A DNA stretch of 64,000 nt from Trichoplax sp. H2. Taxonomy: Eukaryota. Both the position numbers and the translations under genes were made by a program. The DNA lies in assembly GCA_003344405.1 (NCBI GenBank), contig NOWV01000173.1, forward strand, positions 62,001 to 126,000, given 5' to 3'. How positions within the stretch are numbered: position 1 is the first letter of the stretch; each line of letters starts with the position of its first letter. Shown piece after piece: positions 26,985 through 39,400 of this stretch. The notes beneath the pieces were generated by a model. It did not search any database and had not been told where the DNA came from. It saw only the letters and a list, made by a program, of their open reading frames with translations.

Positions 26985-29900
26985 AATCAATCAATTTATA
27001 ACTTGTAGTACTAAGTATGCGAGTAGGGGTATTTGATTAAGCAACACGCTCAATTCATAACTTGTAGAATCGAGAATACGAATAGATATAACTGATTAAG
27101 CTACTCGCTCAATTCATAACTTTTAGAATCGGGTGTACAAATATGTTTAACTGATTATACTACTCGCTCAATTCATAATTTGTGGAATCAAGTATACAAG
27201 TAAATATAACTAATTAAGTTAATCTACTTGCTCAATCCTTAACTTGTAACATCGAATAGGTATAACTGATTAAGTTAAAAGCTCAATTTATAACTTGCAG
27301 CATCGAGAATACAAGTAGATATAACTGATTAAGCTACTCGCTCAATTCATAACTTGTAGAATCGGGTGTACAAATATGTTTAACTGATTANNNNNNNNNN
27401 NNNNNNNNNNTTCTAAATTGCCTTACCAATCTGTCTTTAAGTATAAACTATATAGTCGAATATACTCACAATGACTAAATTATTCGCCCATTAAAAAGGA
27501 CGTGAATGCTTAATTGCGTTTATTCACCTCGTCATACTTATAATTATAATCAATCAATTGATAACTTGTAGTATTAAGTATGCGAGTAGGGGTATTTGAT
27601 TAAGCAACACGCTCAATTCATAACTTGTAGAATCGAGAATACGAATAGATATAACTGATTAAGCTACTCGCTCAATTCATAGCTTGTAGAATCGAGTGTA
27701 CAAGTGGGTTTAACTGATTAAGCTACTCGCTCAATTCATAACTTGTAGAATCGAGTGTACAAGTGGGTTTAACTGTTTATGCTACTCGCTCAATTCATAA
27801 TTTGTGGAATCGAGTATACGAGTAAATATATATAACTAATCAAGTTAAGCTACTGGCTCAATTCTTAACTTGTAGCATCGAATAGGTATAACTGATTAAC
27901 TTAAGCTACTGGCTCAATTCATAACTTGTATCATCGAGAATACAAGTAGATATAACTGATTAAGCTACTCGCTCAATTCATAACTTGTAGCATCGAGAAT
28001 ACTAGTAGATATAACTGATTAAGCTACTCGCTCAATTNNNNNNNNNNNNNNNNNNNNATTCATAATTTGTGGAATCGAGTATACAAGTAAAAATAACTAA
28101 TTAAGTTAATCTACTCGCTCAATTCTTAACTTGTAACATCGAATAGGTATAACTGATTAACTTAAGCTACTGGCTCAATTCATAACTTGTATCATCGAGA
28201 ATGCAAGTAGATATAACTGATTAAGCTACTCGCTCAATTCATAACTTGTAGAATCGAGTGTACAGGTGGGTTTAACTGATTATGCTACTCGCTCAATTCA
28301 TAATTTGTGGAATCGAGTGTACAAGTAGGTTTAACTGATTAAGCTACTCGCTCAATTTCGAGTGTACAAGTGGGTTTAACTGTTTATGCTACTCGCTCAA
28401 TTCATAATTTGTGGAATCGAGTATACGAGTAAATATATATAACTAATCAAGTTAAGCTACTCGCTCAATTCTTAATTTGTAGCATCGAATAGGTATAACT
28501 GATTAACTTAAGCTACTGGCTCAATCCATAACTTGTATCATCGAAAATACAAGTAGATATAACTGATTAAGCTACTCGCTCAATTCATAACTTGTAGCAT
28601 CGAGAATACAAGTAGATATAACTGATTATGCTACTCGCTCAATTCATAACTTGTAGAATCGAGTGTACAAATATGTTTAACTGATTATACTACTCGCTCA
28701 ATTCATAACTTGTGGAATCGAGTATACAAGTAAAAATAACTAATTAAGCTACTCGCTCAATTCATGACTTGTAGAATCGAGTGTACAAATATGTTTAACT
28801 GTTTAACTGATTATACTACTCGCTCAATTCATAACTTGTAGCATCGAGAATACTAGTAGATATAACTGATTAAGCTACTCGCTCAATTCATGACTTGTAG
28901 AATCGAGTGTACAAATATGTTTAACTGATTATACTACTCGCTCAATTCATAATTTGTGGAATCGAGTATACAAGTAAATATAACTAATTAAGTTAATCTA
29001 CTCGCTCAATTCTTAACTTGTAACATCGAATAGGTATAACTGATTAAGTTAAAAGCTCAATTTATAACTTGTAGCATCGAGAATACAAGTAGATATAACT
29101 GATTAAGCTACTCGCTCAATTCATAACTTGTAGAATCGGGTGTACAAATATGTTTAACTGATTATGCTACTCGCTCAATTCATAATTTGTGGAATCAAGT
29201 ATACAAGTAAATATAACTAATTAAGTTAAGCTACTCGCTCAATTCTTAACTTGTAACATCGAATAGGTATATCTGATTAAGTTAAAAGCTCAATTTATAA
29301 CTTGTAGCATCGAGAATATAAGTAGATATAACTGATTAAGCTACTCGCTCAATTCATAACTTGTAGCATCGAGAATGCAAGTAGATATAACTGATTAAGC
29401 TACTCGCTCAATTCATAACTTGTAGCATCGAGAATACAAGTAGAAATAACTGATTAAGCTACTGGCTCAATTTATAACTTGTAGCATCGAGAATACAAGT
29501 AGATATAACTGATTAAGCTACTCGCTCAATTCATAACTAGTAGAATCGAGTGTACAAATGTGTTTAACTGATTATACTACTCGCTCAATTCATAATTTGT
29601 GGAATCGAGTATACAAGTAAATATAACTAATTAAGTTAAGCTACTCGCTCAATTCTTAACTTGTAACATCGAATAGGTATATCTGATTAAGTTAAAAGCT
29701 CAATTCATAACTTGGTAGCATCGAGAATACAAGTAGGTAGAATACGTTATTACGGCTATACTATTGAAATGCAGTAAATCCTAAATAAAAGAGACTTTTA
29801 GTAAGCTAACTAGGAGGAGTATATCAAGGTCTCTCGTGCTAACATTAACGACTAAGAGTGGAAACACAAGGGATATAACTGATTAAGTTAAGTTACTCGT

Positions 29901-30010
29901 TCAATGCGTAGCATCGAGTAGGTAGAACTAATTCAGTTACTCGCTCATTGCATAACTTACCGCATCAAGTAAGTCTAACTGATTAAGCGACTTGCTCAAT
30001 TTATAACTTT
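26985..30010. repeat. ~59-bp tandem satellite (~45 monomers) with a ~4-monomer higher-order repeat; contains two N gaps
   Basis: Monomer GCTACTCGCTCAATTCATAACTTGTAGAATCGAGTGTACAAGTGGGTTTAACTGATTAA. Variants recur in fixed order. The homogeneous array ends at ~29740; degenerate copies lie at 29870-30010. Confidence 0.95.
27391..27410. other. Assembly gap (20 N); a second gap is at 28038-28057
   Basis: Runs of n in the sequence. Confidence 0.99.
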
Positions 30011-33000
30011 TATTTGTGTGTTTGCCTGACTCTAAAAGTAACAAACATGGAGTCCTGAATTGTGCTAACAGATTTAATCATCTTCCTGATATTAAAAGAC
30101 TAATAATGTTTGGAAAAGAATAATATTTAGCTTAGAAGCTCAATTACAGACAAGTAGACGAACAGCCATTTCGGTCCTGCTGTCAGTCTTGAACAACTTT
30201 ATTCAGAATTTTAGATGCCAACTTCTCCATATTTTATGTCCGTCGCGGTCAATCAGCTCTGGCATAGAGAACGTAACAGTGCTACGCTTACGTTACTAAA
30301 CTCTATTGCTAAGATACAGTAAAGTATACCGTATACAGGACACCGTGTCAAAAATAATGCACACGCTAATTCTAATTGGGCCCTATACTACTGTTCTACA
30401 CTACGCATCGAGTAGTTGACAACGCCATAGTGGAAGAAATTTCAGTCAGAAATATTAATGGAGTAGTTCATTCATTGCTTACCTTATTAAACAGTCATGT
30501 TGATTTATAACTTAGGAATAGTCAGCAGTAGTCATCATTTTTACGATACTCAGCATCAGGAAATGATAATCGTAACAGGTAAGTTCGTTTACTTTGCAAT
30601 GGCGATAGTGATATGCTGATATTCAACAGAACTTCCTTACTTAAACCCTAACCCATGGATGTTTTCATAGTAATTTACCCAGATAGTGACAGTAAATTAT
30701 GGATAATTGTTACTTGTGGGATAGATCCATTGGAAATGGAAGAAATAAGTTGGGCAGCCCCTGACTAAACGCATTGGTTTACATCTTAATTGCAGATATT
30801 GTAGCGAATGAGAATAGCAGTGGTACCAATTGATTTTATGCTTGAAAATAGACGATGTTTTAATGCTTCCAGATTTAATAGCAGACGTGCAATCAGTTTT
30901 TCTTTAGTAAAATGGATGCTATATCTGGAGTTGTTAATAGCTACAGTCGATCCATCACATACAGTAGGCCAATAAATCATAGTAGATGACTTACCTTTAC
31001 CATTAGGATAATAGATCCTCAAAGCTGTGGCCATGTACAGCGGGCAACAATATCGATACTATTAACTGATTTTGTACTTGACGATGAACAAAGTTGTTGA
31101 TGTGCTAGTACTGTGGACAAGTTGTCCAATCGATATTTCTTAAGAAAGATCGATTGCTCTATCTCCCGTTGTTAAAAGTAACAAACTGCGTTTAGTGAAC
31201 CGATTAAAGAAGTTGTTTATTCATCGATTCCCTTTAACAAATAGTATTCTAGATATTCGACACTGTTGTCATTTCTACCATAGTAACATCAGCAAATGTA
31301 AATCATATTGTTTCGAATGGGTATAGTCCTATGCAATCATTGGATTCCCAACCAACAACATTAGATTGACGGTATCACAACTGCTCAATAACGCAATTAT
31401 TTTTATTGATAATGAATTACTTAGGCAACGTCTGCCCTAGCTTGTCTGCGATTGGATTGCAAATACTACAGCACGTAGTCATATCAGTAGTACGAACTGA
31501 TTTTATGTCTTTTGGACGAGATAGGCTGGCTTTAATATACAGCATAACACTGTTTTTGTACTTGCTGCAATTTTATGTATTCATCTTCTTGTACGATATG
31601 AATTATGGCAGTAATGCTCAAGTCATTGAACTCTTTTTTCTTATCTGCTTTCATTTTACAGATCAAGATGGCTTAGTCAGTCTCTCTTCGGGATCTACTA
31701 TATATTTTACTCCATAAAAATAGCATGGTAACATGATTGCAGTTATTAATAGCCTCTACAGAGTATATTGTTTGTATTGAAGTTGAAATTGCCAATGTCT
31801 TAACTCCTTACTCGTTTGTTTATCTGACACTTTCAATCCTGAAAGTGGATGATACTGTCATTTAAATCATGACATTTTTGTGTCATGTAGAAACACACTC
31901 AATGCATTGCACTGTAGAAGCGAATCGATTCTGACTCTTCGAGAAACAACAATCAATGATGACTGTCTTTACTCATATGATGCTGGATAGATTAGGATAA
32001 TTAATCTTCCTATAGAAGTATCCTGATCTAAGCAAATGATTATAACATTTCTCTCATAGGCTGTCCAAGTGAGTCATTTCTCAAGAGTTCAGGATATTAG
32101 CGATAGGATATTTGCACTTGATCAAATGCAGTAGCTTTGTCTTGAAAAGGGTTGATGATGAAATAAAAGCTGAAGCCTTTAATTTTATTAGTAATCTAAT
32201 TAGATTTATGATTTTATCCATTGGATGCATTGTACGATATTGTCGAACTAATCGTTCTTCGTTATAGTACAACATAAAAGAAGTAACCAGTGGTCCTAAC
32301 AGTACTATATACTGTATAGTAGAAATTAAAAACGTGAAGTGTGATCAAACTGTGATCTACAACGCATTCGTAACTGCTGAGTTAGAAATAAGTTAATAAT
32401 TATAGTCAATCATTGCTTGCTGTTGACGGATAGATTTAGTGCTGCTGTTACCTCAAACGTAAACTCCGTTGGTGATGGTAGAAAGCACTAAAACTTATTG
32501 ATTGATATGATTTGGGCTATATTTTGCTAATATTTGCAAGGGTTAAAGCTGTAAATGGAGGTATTTCATACATGTACGATATGGCATGATTTTATGTTTA
32601 AATAACATTGATATGGCTACATTTAGATATCATAGCAAAGAAACCAAAAGTGATGAGAATTACTAATCAGCAACGATGATCGCTTTACGTTGGCTGAAAT
32701 TGGAAACGGCTACAACTAGAATTCTTTACAAAAAAGAATACGATGAGATTTACCTTTTAAAACGACCTTCAGGTTATGTTGCTACTAACTGATAATACAG
32801 TGAATAATCTCACTCAAGTATACAGTGCTTTTGTTCGTCTATCCTAAAATTCTAAAGCGAGGAAATATCAATAAAGTGTCGCTGATAGATATCCGTATGA
32901 ATCAAGCAGCTTGTACCTATTCCATAAAGCACTAAGAATAAGGTATATTTTATTTAAATGTTTACACTTTTATTAATGTCATTTATCTTTTTGAATCTGA

Positions 33001-33470
33001 ATTATACTTAGTAGCGGTATGAATGAAAATGAATTCAAAAATTACATGTACAGTATTTACGCAAGTAACAGTGACAAACATAATTTATACGTACTAAAAA
33101 CATTAATCTATCATGTACATTGATCAGAACTATATCGTAAATTAAAGTTACCATAAGAGTGAATGATATATAATTTTAGCATTACAACAGTTGTTAGGAT
33201 ATGATCCTGATGTAGTTATGAAAAGAGTTAAAACATTACTATAGCATGTTCTCATAAAGACTTTCTGCAGGGTGAAATCTGATGGAAAGACAAAAATTTT
33301 TGAAATGATTAAAGTAAAAATTGCTATCCTAAAGTACCAGTATGTGCAATCATTGAATACAGCATAGCCAGAATGGAGAACAGAGTTATGCAGCGTTTGC
33401 CAACTATTTTTTCATTATAAACTTTGAAATTAAATCTACTTGAGTGATTAAATAAAGTGTTTTAAATAAA

Positions 33471-36400
33471 TTAGTCTTCTTCTTCTTCAATCACTTCTTC
33501 ATCCACCTCTTCTCCGTCGTCTTCATCAGCGCTACCTGCGTAAACCCCAGTAGTCTTTTGTGATTGGACATTCAAGTTGCGAGGCAAAGGAATGTCTAAC
33601 GCTTTGTGAATGGATTCTATAGTTTTCATATTAACGTAGTACAGAATGTTCATAGATGGTATCTTCTTTCGTAACTCTTCTAGTGATTCATGAGCCTAAA
33701 TAGAAAATAGAAATTCAATCTATATTAGTCAACAATTCTTAAGACGTGATGATGAAAGTATAAGTTCGTGAACTAGACTACATTTTCAAACCTTGGAATA
33801 ATTTTCTTGCTGAACATAATGAGAAATTATAGTTCCATAAATGTCGCCAATGCGAACGGCAGAATCGATATCCGGTTCGTCAATAAGTGCTTGACAGGCA
33901 TTGACAGCATCATTGGGCTCATTTTCCATTTGCCTAATTATGATATAAATTAGAAAGTAAGTATAGTATCAATTGGGTGGTTATCATCGTATCATCGTAT
34001 ATATATATTTGTTATATACTGCAATAAAGATAGGTACGATTAAGAGATTGGTTTTAACGGTGTCGATATGATAATAAAAAATTACTTTTTAGCTTGTATA
34101 AATTTCTTAATTAATGTTGCACGCTGCTTTAAGGAAACCAATTTATCTTCCTGTTGCTGAGGATTTTTAACTTTTGCTTTACTGAGACATTTGTAAGCCT
34201 CAGTAAGAGCTCCAAAAGCTTTTTGATAATTTTGATATTCATCAATCTCCACCTGACAAATCAAGATCATTAGTATTTGAGAAATCATTTATACAAAAGT
34301 GAATCGTTAAAAGTTGTTAAAATACTACTTGCTAATAATACTGCATGCTATTGACAAAAATATTTTAACGACATAGACTATCAGTACATATTTCGATTAT
34401 CATAGATAGACTAACCTGAGCACAAGCTACATAAAATCCGGATAGTAAATCCAATGCTCGACCTTTTGTGTAAAAGGTTATAATATTTTTCATTACGTCC
34501 GAATCCTTTCGCCAATCCAGCGACTGCAGATAATTTGCAGCCATAATATATATTTCTCGTTGTCTGGATACGCCAGCAAAGAAAATAATTTTTTCTGTGT
34601 CTCCTGATTTAAGAAGTGATTTCATCGCCTTGATTTTATTGCTAGCTTGGGTAAACTTTTTGGTCGCAAGATGATACGACCCTTGTTGCATTGCGCATTC
34701 TGCAATTTTTTCCAATAATTGATTTCGATATTCATTATCAGCGGATTCTGTCACATATGATAGAAACATAAATGATTAAATTTTACTTAAATCCATTTAG
34801 AACTAGTGTATAAATAATGTTAACGGCCTATTAAGTACTATCTATTGCTACGTGATTCATAGTCGAATTTACTTCTTCACTACATACGAGTATAAGACAC
34901 CGATATTAATTACTAGAAATTGTTTATTTGTTTAATTCACCTTTTGAGATAGTCATTTTATCCGCTACTTCTTCGGTAATGATTATATTATGTTCCATAC
35001 ATAATTCTAGAGCCTCATAATACTATCAAAACAATGGATAAAGGATTATGGAATCTGCATTACTTCATGAAAATGTAAAGAAACGCTTCTATCATATCTG
35101 AGTAGCGTTGAATCTAGCTAGATTTTAGGAAACCGTGATAACCAACCTTTTTAGCTAAAACAAGTAAATCAATTGCTTTTTCATTTCTACCATGTTCAAT
35201 GAGATATGTTGAGCACTGATTGAGAATAGCTGGGTCAGTGTTTTCATCTAAACTTTCAGCAATTGTCTCCAAGGTGGAAAATTGCTTTGCTTGAAAGCAT
35301 AGATCCAAGGCTTTTGCAACTTCTCCTCCCTAAATATTATATTAAAGAATTGTTAAACTCACTAAAGCCCAAACCATAGCTTTCTCGTTCTTTACATTTA
35401 GTTTCCATTAATGTAGTTGACTGTTTCTATGAATTACAAGCATAAATTGCACATTTTATACTATCATTCTATCAATACCTTATAATACAACACTATAGCC
35501 TTATCTAAGGTGTCTTGCTTTGATTCGTAGAATCTGTAATAATTTAGCATATTTAACAGCAAAATTAAATTAATTTGTTATTTGAAAAAATATTAAGACT
35601 AAATGATGATATTAAGAGAAAGAAGAGATAAAATACAGCTCAGTATATCATACAAAACTAATAACCACGTAAAACATCTTCATTTAACTTACGTTGCTAC
35701 ATCTACCATGTCACGACTGGAGCTTAGTAATGCAAGATTCATTAAATCGCCTTCCATTTCATTTTCCTACGGTGATTAAAATCAAGACAAACAGGAATTG
35801 ATTTGTTTAGCTGATATTTGCATTTATATATTGGAGAATTTGTTAATTGTTGCTATAAATGGTATTGCTAAAATAATAAATATTAGCATCTTTGCCTTAG
35901 CTAAGCGAATGGCATTGCTATAGCTTTGAGCTCGGGTATAGAAATGAATAGCTTCACGTATTTTTCCCTAATTAAATAAGACATGGATGTGAAAAATAGT
36001 TATTAAGATGTAACTTTACTAGAAATTCCAGCTGCTGTAACTGTAAGTACGAATATGTCATTATAGACTAACTTCATTTTCGTGTTGTCTCGCAAGATGA
36101 TATGAGGCAGCCAAATCTCCTGTAGTATTAGCAATTTCTGCGGCCTGATTTATGTAATTCAGTATAAAAATAAGAATATTTGGAAGGGTATCATACACCA
36201 ATTGACACGTAAATCTATAGTAAGTGAAATAAATTGAACACACTTATCAATTTATACTATAAAAAGACCTTATCAATGTCGCCAGAGTAGCAATAAATGC
36301 GAACGAGGGATAAAGAATCATGAGCTGATTCATAAAATCGTATTGCCTCTTCCAATTCACCTTTTCCTTCCATGTATTGAGCCCACCATTTCTTTAGTTG

Positions 36401-39400
36401 TCTGTTTTAAATTATCAAATCATTGCTATTACTGACGATTACATTAAACATTCTCACGATATTACTATAACACGTACGGATCCTGTGATTTCAGAACATA
36501 ATTTCTTAATCTTTCTAAATCATCTAGTAATAATCTAGGTACGTCAAACAGCTGAGTCCCTGCTTTTTCATATCTAGTTTAGAAATTGTGAAAAAAACAC
36601 GTATAAAATTGGAAGACTAATTCATATTTATACAGTGTATGTCGAATATGCAAATATTCTAATATGTTGCAAGTAATACGGTCAAAAGTTAAATGGAACA
36701 CATATAACATATTCTGGACATTCACACATAACACTAACTCGCTAATAGCTGTTGATATTTGTCCCATAGCCTCCAATTGTTTAGCAAAGTTGTAATGAGT
36801 TGTTCTTAGATGGATGCGATCGAACCTTTCAGCCACATCAATTGCCTATTGACAGTGTTCATAAAAGATTAAGAATTAATTTTAATCTTAAGCCAACTGT
36901 TAACAACAAAGTTTATCGGCAGAATATCATACCTTCTTCCACTGTCCGCTAGCTTGATAGAAGTTATTAAGTAAATCAAATCTATTGCATTCTTTGTATA
37001 ACTTTTCAGCTTCATCCTATTACAAAAATATTCGCTGCTTTAGGGATATCAGCAAAATGGGGAAAATAGCGACCACGGTACTGTAAGACTATACAGATGT
37101 AAATTAGTATTTAGTATTTTGTAATTTACCAGTTGGCCTAGCTGAATTGCCAATGTAGCAAGTTGGCATTCAATTTCTGGTTCTTTTTTGGCTTCTCGTA
37201 GTGCTCGCGAACCTCTTGCATGCCCCATATTACCAAGACATACAGAAGCAACATCCAGTCGACGTGTTTTTATGCACATACGAGCTAGATTTTCCCAAAC
37301 AGTCTCGCTAAGAAATACGATTCAAATCAGGATTAAAGTGGCCCATGATTCATTGACTGTACTATGTAGAAATATAATCAGAAATAAATACCTTTTAATG
37401 GCCTTGATCGCTTTGAAAGCTTCATCCATATTTCCAGTTGTTAAGTTAAAACTAAAGTTCATCATGGCTTTCATAGTGGTTTCATCACTATCTTCAAGAC
37501 CTATGAAATCTCTCATTACTACTCTTCCGACATAGGGAAAAGTTTTTGCATTGTCTTCACTATCACTTTTTCTGGATGGGTGGACATCGTCAATTTCAGA
37601 TAGCTAGATTAGATAATGAAATCATGTAGAATTTGTAATAATAACTTAATAAAGTTGTGATGTTTAGGAAAAACTTAGCTAGTTTTGCTACCATAACTTC
37701 TGTACTTCGCAAAGTTTTACATACCTTCTTTAGAAAGAAATAAAAAGGCGACCCAATTCCCAGTAAGCCTTACACAACAAATAAATACATCAGCTAAAGT
37801 TTAACTGTTAAAGGTTATATTAAATCTGATCAGAGCCATTTTTTGTTAGTTATTCAAAAAAATAGCCTCATCGCATTTAAAAATTTCTAGATCGTGACAA
37901 TCACAAAGATATTAAATCCATCTATCGATTCTAACTTAATGCATTATAGTATAGATAGGAATTCATCAACTAATTTTAACAGCATAAGTATAGCCCAAGA
38001 ATTTGACTTTCTGTTATTATTAGAGTAAAATCATAGCATTAAAGTTTACGTATTATTTTTATTTGCCTCTAATTTAAATATCGATCTATACCATTACAGA
38101 TAGAAAATCATAATTTTAAATTTTAGTAGCAGTAATACATTTAAATCTATAATAAAGTGCAAGTTCGAAGTATTAGGGCATTAATTCTTTCAACAAGTAG
38201 AATTTTATCTGATGTCTTAAACTGTTCTCTTTAGGAGCTGTAGTTGACTGGGTTACATTATAAACTAATATAGAGCTTACTTTGAAAGCTGGTTTCCACA
38301 TTTGACGATTCTTGAAGCACAACGCCGTTCTCAGGCGTGCTAAATAAGGTGGCAATCTTAGTTGTCTAGAAATTGTAACCAATAGTAATAATTTTAGTTC
38401 AACCTGTTATTCTGAGCTAAAGCAGTAAATGCATTAAAAAGTAAGTCAAGCAGCTGATGAAATTGTACTCTAAATAAATCTTAATAATAAAATAAATGAA
38501 TGTAATGACCGACTTAAAAGTGTACCTTGTTAGAAGTCTTGTTATTATCGCTAGCTTGATCATTTTTAGACTTTCGATATAATGACGCATTATGATCATG
38601 ATTTATATAACTTGGAATTAACTCACAAGCTAATAATTTCACTTCTTTAGAATCCCAATAATGATTGACAGGTATACAGCGTTGAATCTCAGGTTCTTTA
38701 TTGGCATTATTCTTACGATTTTTACTACGATGATCAGTACTTTCCCATTTGCAAAAGTCAAAGCCCTGTATACTGTCTACTTCAGTTTCCCAAACATAAA
38801 GGACTGGCGATGGGTCTCCATTCGTCTAATAATAGACAATGATATACTTTACTTAAGATATAGAATCAGATCATAAAATCGATATTCGATAAGACATTTC
38901 GTGACACTTTATATCGTGAAATCAATGCCATAAAACCAGTAAGATTTTATGTAATTGCTCAGAAATGTCATTTATAACAGAATTACGCGAATTAATTCCA
39001 TGTATATTCATGCTACGCAAATAAGTAATTTAGACATCTATGTAGCTGCACTGTTTGCTTCTTTAATTACTGACAAGGCAAATATTGAATTTCATTTTAC
39101 ATACATTATTCATACTTATACAATTATAGAAGATCACGTATTGTAAATTTTCTTACCTGACGAGTTATAAAGCTAACTTTGCTTCCGCTGCAATTGCAAC
39201 GAATTGAGGTAATCTGACTGAACTTGGGTATAGATTCTGCGACAAATTTGGGGTTACAATGTTGCCTAGCCTCTCTATATAACATAAAATCGCATCATAA
39301 GCAGCAGCAAAACTAGTTTTACAGTAAATGAAATAAAAGTCGCTGTTTGTATATTACCTCCTTGATAAATCAAAGACTTTAATATATCCTGCACTACTTG

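Noticed and set aside
26985-29740. CRISPR-like array next to a nuclease gene
   Set aside because: The variable segments are short recurring variants of one sequence, not unique spacers. There are no cas genes and the context is eukaryotic.
30642-30654. Telomere-like AAACCCTAACCC
   Set aside because: Fewer than two full units; expected by chance.
19960-32550. GGGTTAA at ~19964 and ~32540 as piggyBac ends
   Set aside because: Both are in the same orientation, and I found no matching TTAACCC left end with an extended inverted repeat.
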